The notes below the pieces were generated by a model. It was given only the letters and a program-made list of their open reading frames with translations. It searched no databases and had not been told where the DNA came from. Below are positions 38,931 through 49,189 of a stretch of 64,000 nucleotides of DNA, piece by piece. Source of the DNA: Atopobiaceae bacterium (lineage in GTDB: Bacteria; Actinomycetota; Coriobacteriia; Coriobacteriales; Atopobiaceae); NCBI GenBank assembly GCA_022482785.1, contig JAKVON010000014.1, positions 3,938 to 67,937 on the forward strand, in the 5' to 3' direction. The translations under genes were made by a program, and so were the position numbers. Position 1 is the stretch's first letter. Each line of letters begins with the position of its first letter.

Positions 38931-40130
38931 GTGGGGGCGATATCCGCGCCCCTCGTGCTCGTCGAGGGGCTCCTCTCGTTCCTCTCCCCATGCGTGCTGC
39001 CGGTGATACCGCTCTACCTGGGATACCTCGCCGGCGACGTGGCGGGCGCGGAGGGAGGGAAGGCCTCGCGGGCGCGCACGGTCGCCAACGCGATGGCCTT
39101 CTGCCTGGGCGTGGCCGCCGCGCTCTTCGTGCTGGGCCTCGGCGCGAGCGCGCTCGGGCAGGCCTTCTCCCAGAGCCGCGGCGCCATCTCCGCCGTCGGT
39201 GGCGTCGTCGTGATCGCGCTCGGCGCCTACCAGCTCGTCGCCTATGGCAGGGGAGGGGCGCTCGACCGCGAGCGCCGCCTCCCGCTCGCCCTCGACCGCC
39301 TCGCCATGAGCCCGCTGGTCGCGCTCGCGATGGGGTTCGCCTTCAGCTTCGCCTGGACGCCCTGCGTGGGCCCGGCGCTCGCGAGCGTGCTCGTCCTGGC
39401 GGCCTCCTCCGCCACGGCCGGCTCCGGCTTCGCGCTCATAGGCCTCTACGCGCTTGGGTTCTGCCTGCCGTTCCTCGCGATGGCCCTCGTGGCAGACCGG
39501 GCCGTGGCGCTCCTCCGGGGCCATGCGAGGGCGCTCTCCCACGTGGTCCAGGCCGGCGGCGTGCTCCTCCTGGTCGTGGGCGTGCTTCTGGTGAGCGGCG
39601 CGACGGGTGGCATCTCCAAGGCCCTCGCGGGCCCCTCCGGCTCGGCGGCGTCCCCCTCGCAGGCCGCCACGGCCGCGCGGCCGGCGGCCCCCGACTTCAC
39701 CCTCGTCGACCAGAACGGCGTCTCCCAGTCGCTCTCCGCCTATCGCGGCAAGGTGGTCCTCCTCAACTTCTGGGCGACCTGGTGCACCTACTGCAAGCGG
39801 GAGATGCCCGACATCCAGGCGATGTACGAGGGCTACGGCTCGAACGCGGGCGACGTGGTCGTCCTGGGGGTCGCGAACCCGTCGAGCTCGCAGTACCCGA
39901 ACAATGCCGACGGGTCGCAGGAGGAGGTCGCGGCGTTCCTCTCGGAGAACGGCTGCGCCTATCCGGTGGCCATGGACGCGACCAAGGAGGTCTTCAAGGC
40001 CTACTCCGTGACCAGCTACCCGAAGACCGTGGCGGTCGGGCCCGACGGCACGATCGCGGGCGTCATCTCCGGGGCGGCGAGCCGCTCGGCATTCGAGGGG
40101 CTCGTCGGCATCGCGCGCTCCTGCTCGTGA
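38931..40130 (+). CDS. CcdA/DsbD-type thiol-disulfide transporter fused to a TlpA/ResA-like thioredoxin domain
   Basis: GTG 38931 lies 1 nt after the previous stop. Membrane motifs FLSPCVLPVIPLYLGY and FAWTPCVGP. C-terminal FWATWCTYCKREMP thioredoxin fold. Confidence 0.85.
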   Translation: MGAISAPLVLVEGLLSFLSPCVLPVIPLYLGYLAGDVAGAEGGKASRARTVANAMAFCLGVAAALFVLGLGASALGQAFSQSRGAISAVGGVVVIALGAYQLVAYGRGGALDRERRLPLALDRLAMSPLVALAMGFAFSFAWTPCVGPALASVLVLAASSATAGSGFALIGLYALGFCLPFLAMALVADRAVALLRGHARALSHVVQAGGVLLLVVGVLLVSGATGGISKALAGPSGSAASPSQAATAARPAAPDFTLVDQNGVSQSLSAYRGKVVLLNFWATWCTYCKREMPDIQAMYEGYGSNAGDVVVLGVANPSSSQYPNNADGSQEEVAAFLSENGCAYPVAMDATKEVFKAYSVTSYPKTVAVGPDGTIAGVISGAASRSAFEGLVGIARSCS

Positions 40131-40194
40131 CCCTCGTCGGCCGGGCACGCGCCATCCGAGGTCGCAGGACGGGCCCGTGGGCCCGGCGGCCTCC

Positions 40195-40995
40195 CTACGA
40201 CGCGAAGCGTGGGTTCGCTGTCCGCACCGCCTGGGGATACGCCCCCCGCAGCTCCTCGAAGGCGTCCCGTGCGGACCGTGGGATGTCGACATGGGCGAGG
40301 TGTCCCGCCCCGCGAGGTCCGTAGCCGTGCTCGTCGTCGGCGAGGCGGGGCACCTCTCCCATGAGGAGCGCCAGGTAGCGTTCGACGTCCCACATCCCGA
40401 GCGGGGCATCCGCATACCCGACGCCCAGGCTCGCCCCCTCCTGGGCGACGACCTCCACCGAGTAGGTGGCGAAGGAGACGGGCGCGATGTCCGGGGCCTC
40501 CCGCTCGAGCTTGGCCGCCATGCGCCGCTGCATGGTGGCGTCCTGGGAGAGGATCGCGCTTCGTGGCCAGATCCCGTTGCCGTGCAGGAGGTCGAGCAGG
40601 TAGGTGATGTTGTTTCCGCAGTTGGTCGACCGTCTCTCGAGCAGGTCCGCGCGAAGCCCGTGCCTTGCCTCCAGATAGGCGGCGAAGACGTCGGCCTCGG
40701 GGGCGTCGTCGGGAAAGTCGAGGTCGGGGCAGAGCTCGCGTGCCCGCCTGCGGAACGTCTCGGTGGTGTGCCCGGCCCCGCCCACGATGACGTAGCGCTC
40801 CGCCACGTCGGCCCGCATCGCCTCGGCGAGCACGTCGCCGCCGGCCAGGATGCTCCCGCCGAAGAGCGCCATGACGTCCGCCCGCGGGCTTCCCAGCCGA
40901 GCCTCGAGCGCGGCCTGCGAGAGCCTGGGCACGTCGCGCGTCCCGAGGAACGCGGCGAGCTCGTTCATGCGCCTTGCGAGCGTCCTCGGCTCCAC
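40195..40995 (-). CDS. YdcF/DUF218 family protein
   Basis: 266 aa. VIVGGAGHTTETF and RRSTNCGNNITY motifs typical of DUF218. Confidence 0.75.
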   Translation of the reverse strand: MEPRTLARRMNELAAFLGTRDVPRLSQAALEARLGSPRADVMALFGGSILAGGDVLAEAMRADVAERYVIVGGAGHTTETFRRRARELCPDLDFPDDAPEADVFAAYLEARHGLRADLLERRSTNCGNNITYLLDLLHGNGIWPRSAILSQDATMQRRMAAKLEREAPDIAPVSFATYSVEVVAQEGASLGVGYADAPLGMWDVERYLALLMGEVPRLADDEHGYGPRGAGHLAHVDIPRSARDAFEELRGAYPQAVRTANPRFAS

Positions 40996-41014
40996 GCGCC
41001 CTCCCCTCGGGCCC

Positions 41015-41485
41015 CTACAGCACCTGCTCCATGCCGACCTTCTGCGGCGTGAGCCCGCGCGCCTCGTAGAACCTCAGGGCGGCGGGGTTGCAGCTCCATA
41101 CGTTGAGGGTCACGTTGTGGTAGCCCCCCTCGCGTGCGTAGCCGAGGACGTGCTCGTAGAGGGCCGTCCCGACGCCACTTCCGCGCAGCCGCGCGTCGAC
41201 GCAGAGGTCGTCGACGTAGAGCGTCCGCACGTCGGCGAGCACGTGGTCGCGCTCGTGCCGCTGCGAGACGCAGAAGGCGTACCCAGCCACCACGCCCTGC
41301 TCGTCCACGGCGACGAAGATGGGGCGAGACTCGTCGCCGAGCATCCCGGCGAGCTCGTCGTCGGAGTACTTGCGCGCCCCGGCGCGGAACAGGTCGGGAC
41401 GTCCCGCGTGATGGACGGCCGCGACCTGGACGAGCAGCTCCCCCAGGCGTGGGATGTCATCCTCGCGCGCTCTCCGTATCTCCAT
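41015..41485 (-). CDS. GNAT family N-acetyltransferase
   Basis: ORF trimmed to [14 protein letters not shown] (ATG 41485). Acetyl-CoA motif [20 protein letters not shown]. Confidence 0.85.
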   Translation of the reverse strand: MEIRRAREDDIPRLGELLVQVAAVHHAGRPDLFRAGARKYSDDELAGMLGDESRPIFVAVDEQGVVAGYAFCVSQRHERDHVLADVRTLYVDDLCVDARLRGSGVGTALYEHVLGYAREGGYHNVTLNVWSCNPAALRFYEARGLTPQKVGMEQVL

Positions 41486-41642
41486 GGGCAGGCTCCTCTC
41501 CGGACGAAGGCCGGTGCGTCCCAAGGATACCCCTCGGGCGCGGATGGCGACTCCTCGCCGCCGGCGTCGGCGTCATCTCTGGAAATCGACGCCCTCGCCA
41601 GGTACAGTCAGAGGAGCAGTCCTGAGGATCCTTGGAGGGAGC

Positions 41643-44063
41643 ATGCCGTCGCAACGCAATGATGGGCCATCCCCGTCGCCGGGAGCCCCCTCCCCGGACG
41701 CTCTCCGTGACGCCGAGCAGCGCTATCGCATAGCCACCTCGGGAGCCCACATCTCCGTGTGGGAGTACGACCCGAGGGCGCATCGCATCGACTCCTCCGA
41801 GCATGGCATGGACCTCCTCGGCATGCCCGATGTCATCGAGGACGTCCCCAACTCGGTCCTCTGGCAGTTCTCCGAGGCCGACCGCCCGAAGGCGATCGAG
41901 TTCTTCGCGAGCCTCGATCGCGGCATCCCCTCCATCTCGGCCGAGTTCTGGATCACCGTCCGCGTCGGCGCCGCCCCGCGCTGCCTGCGCTTCACCTACA
42001 CCAACGTGCTCGACGAGGAGGGCAGGCCGCTCAAGGCCTATGGCATCGCCCAGGACGTCACGGCCGAGAGGCGCGCGACCGAGAGCTACGAGCAGGAGCT
42101 CGAGAACCTGCGGCTGCTCAACGACGCCAACCTCATCGCGAAGGGTCGCCACGACCTCACGAGGAACAGGGTCATCGAGTACGTCCGAATGAGCGGGAGG
42201 GCCTTCGAGATCCCCGAGGGCATGACCTACGACGAGGCCTGCGCGGACTTCGCGAGGATGCCCTACCTCAGCTCGGAGCGCGAGGGGCTCGCGAACCTGA
42301 TCGACCGGCACCGTCTCATGCGGGCCTTCGGCGAGGGGGAGACCCACTTCTTCTACCGCTACTGCAGGAACAAGCCGCAGGAGGGGCCCAGCTGGGTCAC
42401 CACGGTGATCACGACCTACATGTCGCCCACCTCGGGCGACATCGAGTGCTTCGTCTACAGCTACGACGTCACCGAGGACGTGCTCAAGGGGCAGCTGGCC
42501 TCGAAGCTGCCCGAGCTGGGGTTCGAGGAGGTGGGCATCATCTATCCGGCCCTCGACCTGGTCACCAGCTACCGCGTTGCCCCGGAGGGGGAGGGTCCCG
42601 GACGGGTCACGACGTCCTACGCGAGCATGGCCGACGAGATCGTCGGGAGGGCCTTCGATGCCGATGCGCGGGAGGACCAGAGAAGGTCCCTGCGGGTCGG
42701 GGCGATTCGCTCGCGCCTTGCGGACGAGGGCCCCTTCTCGAGGGACCTGCAGCTCGCCGCCGCGGACGGCTCGAGACGGGTCAAGCGCCTCCAGTACTCC
42801 TGGGTCGACGGCTCGCACGAGACGATCTTCTACTGCCTCTCCGACGCGACCAGGCAGTTCGAGGCCGAGCAGCGCCAGATCGAGGAGCTGCGCGCGGCGA
42901 AGCTCGCCGCCGAGCGGGCGAACTCGGCCAAGAGCGACTTCCTCTCGCGCATGAGCCACGACATCCGCACGCCCCTGAACGGCATCATCGGCATGACCCG
43001 CATCGCCCGCGAGCAGGAGAGCGCTGCTGCCATGGCCGAGTGCCTCGACAAGATCGACACCTCCTCGAAGCTCCTGCTCGGCCTCGTGAACGACATCCTC
43101 GACCTCTCCAAGGTGGAGGGCGGCAAGATGGAGCTGCATCTCGAGCCCTACCCGAAAGGGGAGTTCCTCGGATACCTCGACTCCGTCATCCGTCCTGCCT
43201 GCGACGAGAAGGGCATCACGTTCGCGGTCGAGGGGGGCGACACGCAGGATGCCTACGTGCCCCTCATGGACAAGCTCCGCACCAACCAGATCCTGTTCAA
43301 CCTCCTCTCGAACGCCCTCAAGTTCACCCCCGAGGGAGGGCATGTCGGCTACGCCGTCGCCGACCGCATCCTCCCGGACGACCGCATGCTCGTCGTCATG
43401 ACGGTGACCGACAACGGCATCGGCATGTCGAAGGAGTTCCAGACCCGCCTGTTCGAGCCGTTCACGCAGGAGAGGCGCGTGAAGTCGCTCGAGGGGGAGG
43501 GCTCGGGGCTGGGTCTCGCGATCGTGAGAAGGCTGGTCGACCTCATGGGAGGGACCATCTCGGTCGAGAGCGAGCCCGGGAGGGGCACGCGCTTCTCGAT
43601 TCGCATCGAGTGCGGCCGCGTCCCCGCGGCCGAGGCCCGCCATGAGGAGCGCCCCTCCGCCATCCCCCATGGCGGCCTGCTCGGGCGGCACGTGCTGCTC
43701 TGCGAGGACCATCCGCTCAACACCGAGATAGCGACCCACCTGCTCGAGCAGGTGCGGATGATCGTGACGTGTGCGGAGGACGGCGAGCGCGGCGTCGAGG
43801 CGTTCGCGGCGTCGCCGGTGGGCTACTATGACGTTATCCTCATGGACATCCACATGCCCGTCATGGACGGCCTCGAGGCGACGCGGGCCATACGGGCCCT
43901 CGACCGTCCCGATGCCCTGGGCATCCCCATCATCGCGATGACGGCCGACGCCTTCGAGGAGGACGTTCGCACGTGCCTTGCGGCGGGCATGAACGGCCAT
44001 GTCGCGAAGCCGGTCGATCCGGAGGCGCTGTATGCGGTCATTGGTCAGGCACTCGATGGGTGA
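41643..44063 (+). CDS. Soluble multi-PAS hybrid sensor histidine kinase (HisKA-HATPase-REC)
   Basis: 806 aa with no obvious TM. H-box [34 protein letters not shown] and [12 protein letters not shown] with LLCEDHPLN ... [12 protein letters not shown] ... MTADAF. Confidence 0.9.
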   Translation: MPSQRNDGPSPSPGAPSPDALRDAEQRYRIATSGAHISVWEYDPRAHRIDSSEHGMDLLGMPDVIEDVPNSVLWQFSEADRPKAIEFFASLDRGIPSISAEFWITVRVGAAPRCLRFTYTNVLDEEGRPLKAYGIAQDVTAERRATESYEQELENLRLLNDANLIAKGRHDLTRNRVIEYVRMSGRAFEIPEGMTYDEACADFARMPYLSSEREGLANLIDRHRLMRAFGEGETHFFYRYCRNKPQEGPSWVTTVITTYMSPTSGDIECFVYSYDVTEDVLKGQLASKLPELGFEEVGIIYPALDLVTSYRVAPEGEGPGRVTTSYASMADEIVGRAFDADAREDQRRSLRVGAIRSRLADEGPFSRDLQLAAADGSRRVKRLQYSWVDGSHETIFYCLSDATRQFEAEQRQIEELRAAKLAAERANSAKSDFLSRMSHDIRTPLNGIIGMTRIAREQESAAAMAECLDKIDTSSKLLLGLVNDILDLSKVEGGKMELHLEPYPKGEFLGYLDSVIRPACDEKGITFAVEGGDTQDAYVPLMDKLRTNQILFNLLSNALKFTPEGGHVGYAVADRILPDDRMLVVMTVTDNGIGMSKEFQTRLFEPFTQERRVKSLEGEGSGLGLAIVRRLVDLMGGTISVESEPGRGTRFSIRIECGRVPAAEARHEERPSAIPHGGLLGRHVLLCEDHPLNTEIATHLLEQVRMIVTCAEDGERGVEAFAASPVGYYDVILMDIHMPVMDGLEATRAIRALDRPDALGIPIIAMTADAFEEDVRTCLAAGMNGHVAKPVDPEALYAVIGQALDG

Positions 44064-46194
44064 GAGGGACAGATGGCTGGCGGACGAGGGCATCGGGTGG
44101 TGCCTCGTCGTGGTCGCCGCGGGCGTCGCGCTCGACCGTCTCGGGGCGTCGCTCGTCTCGGCTCTCGGGCTTCCCCTCTTCTTCGACACCATCGGCACCA
44201 TCGTGGTGGCGGCCCTTGCGGGAATCACCCCGGGCGTGACCGTGGCCCTGGTCTCGACGGGCATCGTGGCCATCGGCAATCCCTTCGTCCTCTACTACGC
44301 CTCCATCAACGTGCTCGTGGCGGTGATAGCCTTCGGGCTCTCCCGTCGGGGGGCGTTCACGAGGGTTGGCCCGACCGTCCTCGTCGGCCTCCTCGCGGCG
44401 GGGGTCTGCGCCCTCATCGGCGGAACGCTCGGCTGGGCCTTCGCGGGCATGGGCATCGCCTCCGACGTCACCAACGCCTCCGCCCAGGCGGTGCTCGACG
44501 CGACCGGGTGGCCCACCTATCCCGCGCAGCTCGTGGGCGAGCTCGCGGTCGAGCTGCCCGACAAGCTGCTCTCGGCCCTCGTCGCGTCCCTTGTGCTCAG
44601 GTGGCTGCCAAAGTGGGTCGTGCAGCGCTTTCCGGGCGGCGGGCTCTGGCAGTGGCGTCTCGGCGGGGACGTCCTGGAGAGGCGGCCGCTCCGCATCCGC
44701 ATGCGCTCGCTCGAGGCGAGGACCATCGCGATCGTGGCGGTGCTGGGGGCCGCGCTCGGCCTTGCCTGCGTGATCGCGGGCGCTCGCATCTACGAGAACA
44801 CCGCGAATCGCAGGTACGTCGAACAGGGCCAGACGCTCTGCTCGCTCGCCTCGGGCTACGTCGACGTGGACCGCATCGGCGACTACCTCTCTCAGGGGGA
44901 GGATGCCGACGGCTATCAGGCCACCCTCGCGTCGCTCCAGTCGCTTGCCGAGACCTACCAGGACGTTCGTTACCTCTACGTCTACCAGGTCCGTCCGGAC
45001 GGGTACCACGTCGTGTTCGATACCGACGCCGACCGGTCGACGATGGGCCATGCGGGCGACGTCGTCGCCATCGGCGCGCCCTTTCTCCCGCAGCTGCCGG
45101 CGCTGCTCGCCGGCCAGGAGATAGCGCCTGTCATGACGACCGACGAGTACGGCTGGCTCCTCTCGGTCTACCGTCCGCTTCGCGACTCGTCGGGCAGCTG
45201 CGTCGCCTATGTGTGCGCCGACATCGACATGGGCAACGTGATCTCCGACCGCGTGACGTTCGTGGCCAAGCTCGCCTCGATCGCCCTCTCCATCGTCGTC
45301 CTCTCCATCGTGACGAGCGCGGGCATCGCACGCAGGCGGGTGGTGGGCCCCGTGAACGCGCTCTCCGCCGCCGCCACAGACTTCGCCTTCTCGGACCCCT
45401 CGGAGCGCTCGGCCGACCTCGAGCGCCTGGAGTCGCTCTCCATCGCGACGGGCGACGAGATAGAGGCGCTCTACCACTCGGTGCGCCACATGGACGGCGA
45501 GGCCACCGACTACATCGAGAAGATCGGCCATCAGGTGCGGGTCATCGAGCGGTTGCAGGAGAACACCATCACGAGCTTCGCCGACCTCACCGACGCGCGC
45601 GACAAGGTCACGGGCGGCCACATCAGGAGGACCGCCCGCTACGTCGAGCTGCTCGCCCGCGCGGCCCTCGAGCGCGGGGTCTATCCCGACGAGATAACCC
45701 CCGAGTTCGTCTCCGAGGTCGAGCGCTCGGCCCCGCTCCACGACATCGGGAAGATCGAGATATCCGACGTGCTGCTCAACAAGCCCGGCAAGCTCACCGA
45801 CGACGAGTACGAGGAGATGAAGACCCACGCCGCCAAGGGAGGGGCGATCCTGAGGCGCGTCCTCGCCGGCATCCCCGACGAGGACAGCGGCTACCTCGAC
45901 ACCGCCGTCGCCATGGCGACCTACCATCACGAGCGCTGGGACGGCATGGGCTACCCCGAGGGCCTCTCCGGCACGGACATCCCGCTCTGCGCGCGCATCA
46001 TGGCCGTGGCCGACGTCTTCGACGCGCTCTCGGCCAAACGCCCCTACAAGGAGGGGTTCGACTTCGACCGCTGCCAGAAGATCATGCGCGAGGGCACGGG
46101 CAGCTCGTTCGACCCCGCGCTCATGGAGGTGTGGTTCTCGATCGCCGATCAGGTGAGAGCCGCCTTGGAGGGCTTCGGGGAGGACCAGGCCTAG
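44056..46194 (+). CDS. Membrane-bound HD-GYP domain c-di-GMP phosphodiesterase-type protein with polytopic N-terminus and extracytoplasmic loop domain
   Basis: ATG 44056 overlaps the upstream stop; earlier in-frame ATGs exist at 43999 and 44032. About 5 TM N-terminal block, a TM-flanked ~170-aa loop ([21 protein letters not shown]...), then HDIGK ... [11 protein letters not shown]. Confidence 0.85.
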   Translation: MGERDRWLADEGIGWCLVVVAAGVALDRLGASLVSALGLPLFFDTIGTIVVAALAGITPGVTVALVSTGIVAIGNPFVLYYASINVLVAVIAFGLSRRGAFTRVGPTVLVGLLAAGVCALIGGTLGWAFAGMGIASDVTNASAQAVLDATGWPTYPAQLVGELAVELPDKLLSALVASLVLRWLPKWVVQRFPGGGLWQWRLGGDVLERRPLRIRMRSLEARTIAIVAVLGAALGLACVIAGARIYENTANRRYVEQGQTLCSLASGYVDVDRIGDYLSQGEDADGYQATLASLQSLAETYQDVRYLYVYQVRPDGYHVVFDTDADRSTMGHAGDVVAIGAPFLPQLPALLAGQEIAPVMTTDEYGWLLSVYRPLRDSSGSCVAYVCADIDMGNVISDRVTFVAKLASIALSIVVLSIVTSAGIARRRVVGPVNALSAAATDFAFSDPSERSADLERLESLSIATGDEIEALYHSVRHMDGEATDYIEKIGHQVRVIERLQENTITSFADLTDARDKVTGGHIRRTARYVELLARAALERGVYPDEITPEFVSEVERSAPLHDIGKIEISDVLLNKPGKLTDDEYEEMKTHAAKGGAILRRVLAGIPDEDSGYLDTAVAMATYHHERWDGMGYPEGLSGTDIPLCARIMAVADVFDALSAKRPYKEGFDFDRCQKIMREGTGSSFDPALMEVWFSIADQVRAALEGFGEDQA

Positions 46195-46344
46195 GCGGGC
46201 GCCCTCAGCTCTCGTTGGGTTCGAGGAGAAGCCGTACATTCGCCGCATTGTGGAGGCGGGCGGCCATATAAGAGGCTATATAATAATCTTTGAAATAACT
46301 AATGCATCGGCCTGTCGGGCCGTCCGGCCAAGGGTGTCTCACAC

Positions 46345-47481
46345 ATGTATCTTGCCGTCTACGCAGAGACGACCGTCATTTGCATCGCCATGCTCTCCGT
46401 GCTGCTCTACCGCGGTGCCCATAAGGTCGACAAGCAGGCTGCGAACGTCGCCTTCATACAGGTCGTCCAGTCGGTGATCGCGCTCCTCGCGCTCAGCTTC
46501 GCGTGCGTGGCCGCCCGTGGCACCTCGCTCGCGCTCGTCGTCTGCCTCGAGATCGCCTACATGAGCTGGTCCATCGTCGCCTGCGCCCTCTGGCTCCGTT
46601 TCGTCGAGGCCCAGCTCGACCATCCCAGGCGCACGGGGAGGGCCGCGGTGCCGGTGGCCCTCCCGCTCGCCGTCGGCCTCGTCATGGTCTTCGGCTCCAT
46701 CTCGACGGGCTGGGTCTTCTCCGTCGATGACGCCCTGGTCGCCCATCCCGGGTCGCTCCAGGTGGTCTTCAACCTCCTGTGCCTCTTCTATCCCAGCCTC
46801 GCCTCGGAGGAGGTCGTCGTCAGGCTCATGGGCGAGCGCTCCCGCCAGCGCAGGACCGCGTGGCTGGGGCTCCTCTCCGTCTTCGCCCTCCTCCTGGCCG
46901 GGGTCATCCTGCGCTTCGCGTTCCCGGAGCTGCCCTGCATCTGGCCGTCCTTCTCGATCGCGCTGCTCATCGTGTTCTGCAACCGTCAGGAGGCCTCCAT
47001 CTCGACCGACGAGCTCACGGGCCTCAACAACCGCCGGCGCTTCGATGCCGAGCTGCAGCGCCTCTCCTCGGCGCCCGGCCCCCGGGGCCACGTCTTCATG
47101 CTCATGATCGACCTCGACCGGTTCAAGCGGATAAACGACGGCTTCGGCCACCCCGAGGGAGACCAGGCCCTCATCGAGACCGCCGGCATCCTCAAGAGGT
47201 CCGTCGGGAAGACCAACTCCTTCCTCGCGCGCCTCGGCGGCGACGAGTTCGCCGTGCTCTGCCGCTCGCTCGACGAAGACGGGGTCGAGGCCCTCCGCGC
47301 CGACATCGCAGAGGCGTTCTACGAGTGGAACAAGACGAGCGACAAGCCCTATAAGCTGGACGTGAGCATAGGCGTGGGCGAGCTTTCCCGCGATCACTCG
47401 ATGACCGTCGAGGAGCTCGTGCAGGAGGCGGACGCCAACATGTACGGAGCGAAGGAGCGGGCGCACCGCCGGCGCGCCTAG
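46345..47481 (+). CDS. Membrane-anchored GGDEF diguanylate cyclase
   Basis: 378 aa, about 6 TM. LTGLNNRRRF, DLDRFKRINDGFGHPEGD and RLGGDEFAVL. No RxxD I-site at the usual position. Confidence 0.88.
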   Translation: MYLAVYAETTVICIAMLSVLLYRGAHKVDKQAANVAFIQVVQSVIALLALSFACVAARGTSLALVVCLEIAYMSWSIVACALWLRFVEAQLDHPRRTGRAAVPVALPLAVGLVMVFGSISTGWVFSVDDALVAHPGSLQVVFNLLCLFYPSLASEEVVVRLMGERSRQRRTAWLGLLSVFALLLAGVILRFAFPELPCIWPSFSIALLIVFCNRQEASISTDELTGLNNRRRFDAELQRLSSAPGPRGHVFMLMIDLDRFKRINDGFGHPEGDQALIETAGILKRSVGKTNSFLARLGGDEFAVLCRSLDEDGVEALRADIAEAFYEWNKTSDKPYKLDVSIGVGELSRDHSMTVEELVQEADANMYGAKERAHRRRA

Positions 47482-47585
47482 CCGGGCCCCCTCGCGGGCC
47501 CTCATCCGCCGACGACGGACGTATGCGGGCCGTTGCGCCGACCCGCCGCCCTTCCGTACCCCGGCCGGACACAACATGGTCGAGC

Positions 47586-48725
47586 ATGTGGATGGAGGGG
47601 AGGCGCGACGTGTCGGAGGTCATGGCGATAGGACCGGATCTGCTGGGGCTGGCGATCTGCCTGTTCCTGAACTATCTCGTGCGGGCGAATCCCAACATCA
47701 TGCATGTCGACACGAAGCTCTTCCTCCGCCTCGTCGTCATCGTCTCGGTCGTCATCGTCGTCGAGATCGCCTCCGTCGAGGTCGACGCCTACGGCACGGC
47801 GTCGCTCGACGCGCTCGACGAGCTCCTCTACTGCGTCATCTACCTGGCGGCGCCCGTCACCTTCCTGCTCATGGCGATGCTCTTCGACAACGAGGTGCGT
47901 CGCTTCCGCCGCGCGATCGCCGTCTGCCTCGTCGTCTACGCCGCGTTCATCCTCTCGAACTTCCTCACCCACCAGCTGTTCACCGTCACGGGCGGCACCT
48001 CCTACTCCCGCGGCCCCCTCTACGTCGTCTACGTCGTGGCGTCGGCGGCAGCCGGCATCGTCTTCCTCGCCGCCAACAACCGGGCGGTGCGCGACGCCGA
48101 CAACTATCGCAGCTCCCTGCTCTACGGTGCCTTCGCCACGGTGCTGGCCGCGACCGTGATCGAGGCCCTCTTTCCCTCCGTGCTGCTCGTCTGGCCGAGC
48201 ATCGCCCTGGGCCTGCTGCTCTTCTACGTCTACCTGCGCGAGCTCCAGTTCGCGTTCGACCCGCTCACCGGCGTCCGGAACAGGATGGCCTTCTCGCAGG
48301 CCATTCGCGCGGCCGAGGGCGAGAAGGACGTCGGTCTCGTCATGATCGACCTCAACGGCCTCAAGGACGTGAACGACAGCATGGGCCATGCCTCCGGCGA
48401 CAGGTATCTCGTCGCCGCGGCGCAGGTGGTCGGGGATGCGTTCCGCGGCATGGGAAGCGTCTTCCGGATCGGCGGCGACGAGTTCTGCGTCATCTGCCCC
48501 TCGACGACCGAGGAAGGCATCGACGAGAGGCTGCATGCGTTCGTCGGGGCGATGCGGAAGCACGACGCGGAGTGCGACTACCGCTTCTCCATCGCCTACG
48601 GCTCGGCCATGCGCGAACCCGGCGACCTCGACCTGTTCGCGACCCTCTCCCGCGCGGATGCGCTCATGTACCGGGACAAGGAGAGGACGAAACGCTACTT
48701 TCGCGCGAGCGACGGGAGGGGGTAG
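47586..48725 (+). CDS. Membrane-anchored GGDEF diguanylate cyclase (second)
   Basis: Start uncertain (ATG 47523/47586/47592/47622). TM-rich N-terminus. LTGVRNRMAF, DLNGLKDVNDSMGHASGD and RIGGDEFCVI. Confidence 0.82.
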   Translation: MWMEGRRDVSEVMAIGPDLLGLAICLFLNYLVRANPNIMHVDTKLFLRLVVIVSVVIVVEIASVEVDAYGTASLDALDELLYCVIYLAAPVTFLLMAMLFDNEVRRFRRAIAVCLVVYAAFILSNFLTHQLFTVTGGTSYSRGPLYVVYVVASAAAGIVFLAANNRAVRDADNYRSSLLYGAFATVLAATVIEALFPSVLLVWPSIALGLLLFYVYLRELQFAFDPLTGVRNRMAFSQAIRAAEGEKDVGLVMIDLNGLKDVNDSMGHASGDRYLVAAAQVVGDAFRGMGSVFRIGGDEFCVICPSTTEEGIDERLHAFVGAMRKHDAECDYRFSIAYGSAMREPGDLDLFATLSRADALMYRDKERTKRYFRASDGRG

Positions 48726-48833
48726 GGGGCTTGCCGCTACCTGGCGTGCCATTCGCCGCGTTCGGCGGGTTCGAGCTCGTTTTTCGCGCTTAGTGGGGAA
48801 TAGAATACTGGCAGGCTTGTTAAGAGGGGGTAG

Positions 48834-49187
48834 ATGTTGGATAGGGAAATTCTCAAGGGTGCTGGCATCGACTACGAGGACGGCGTCCGCCGCTGTGGCG
48901 ACAACTCCGGCCTCTACGAGCGTCTGCTCTCCCTGTTCCTCGCCGACGACAACTTCGAGGGGGCGAAGAAGGGCCTTGCCGACAAGGACTACGACGAGCT
49001 CTTCTCCCGCACCCACGAGATCAAGGGCATGAGCGGCAACATGTCGATCACGGACGTATACCGCACCTCGTCGAACGTCGTCGCCCTCCTCCGCGCGAAG
49101 GACTACGACGCGATCCCCGCCGCCTTTGCCGAGCTTGAGGACGCCTACGGCAAGGCCACCGATGCGATCGAGTCCGCCCAGGGCTAG
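48834..49187 (+). CDS. Stand-alone Hpt (histidine phosphotransfer) protein
   Basis: 117-aa helical protein. Phospho-His context FSRTHEIKGMSGNM. RBS AGAGGGGG upstream. Confidence 0.8.
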   Translation: MLDREILKGAGIDYEDGVRRCGDNSGLYERLLSLFLADDNFEGAKKGLADKDYDELFSRTHEIKGMSGNMSITDVYRTSSNVVALLRAKDYDAIPAAFAELEDAYGKATDAIESAQG

Positions 49188-49189
49188 CC

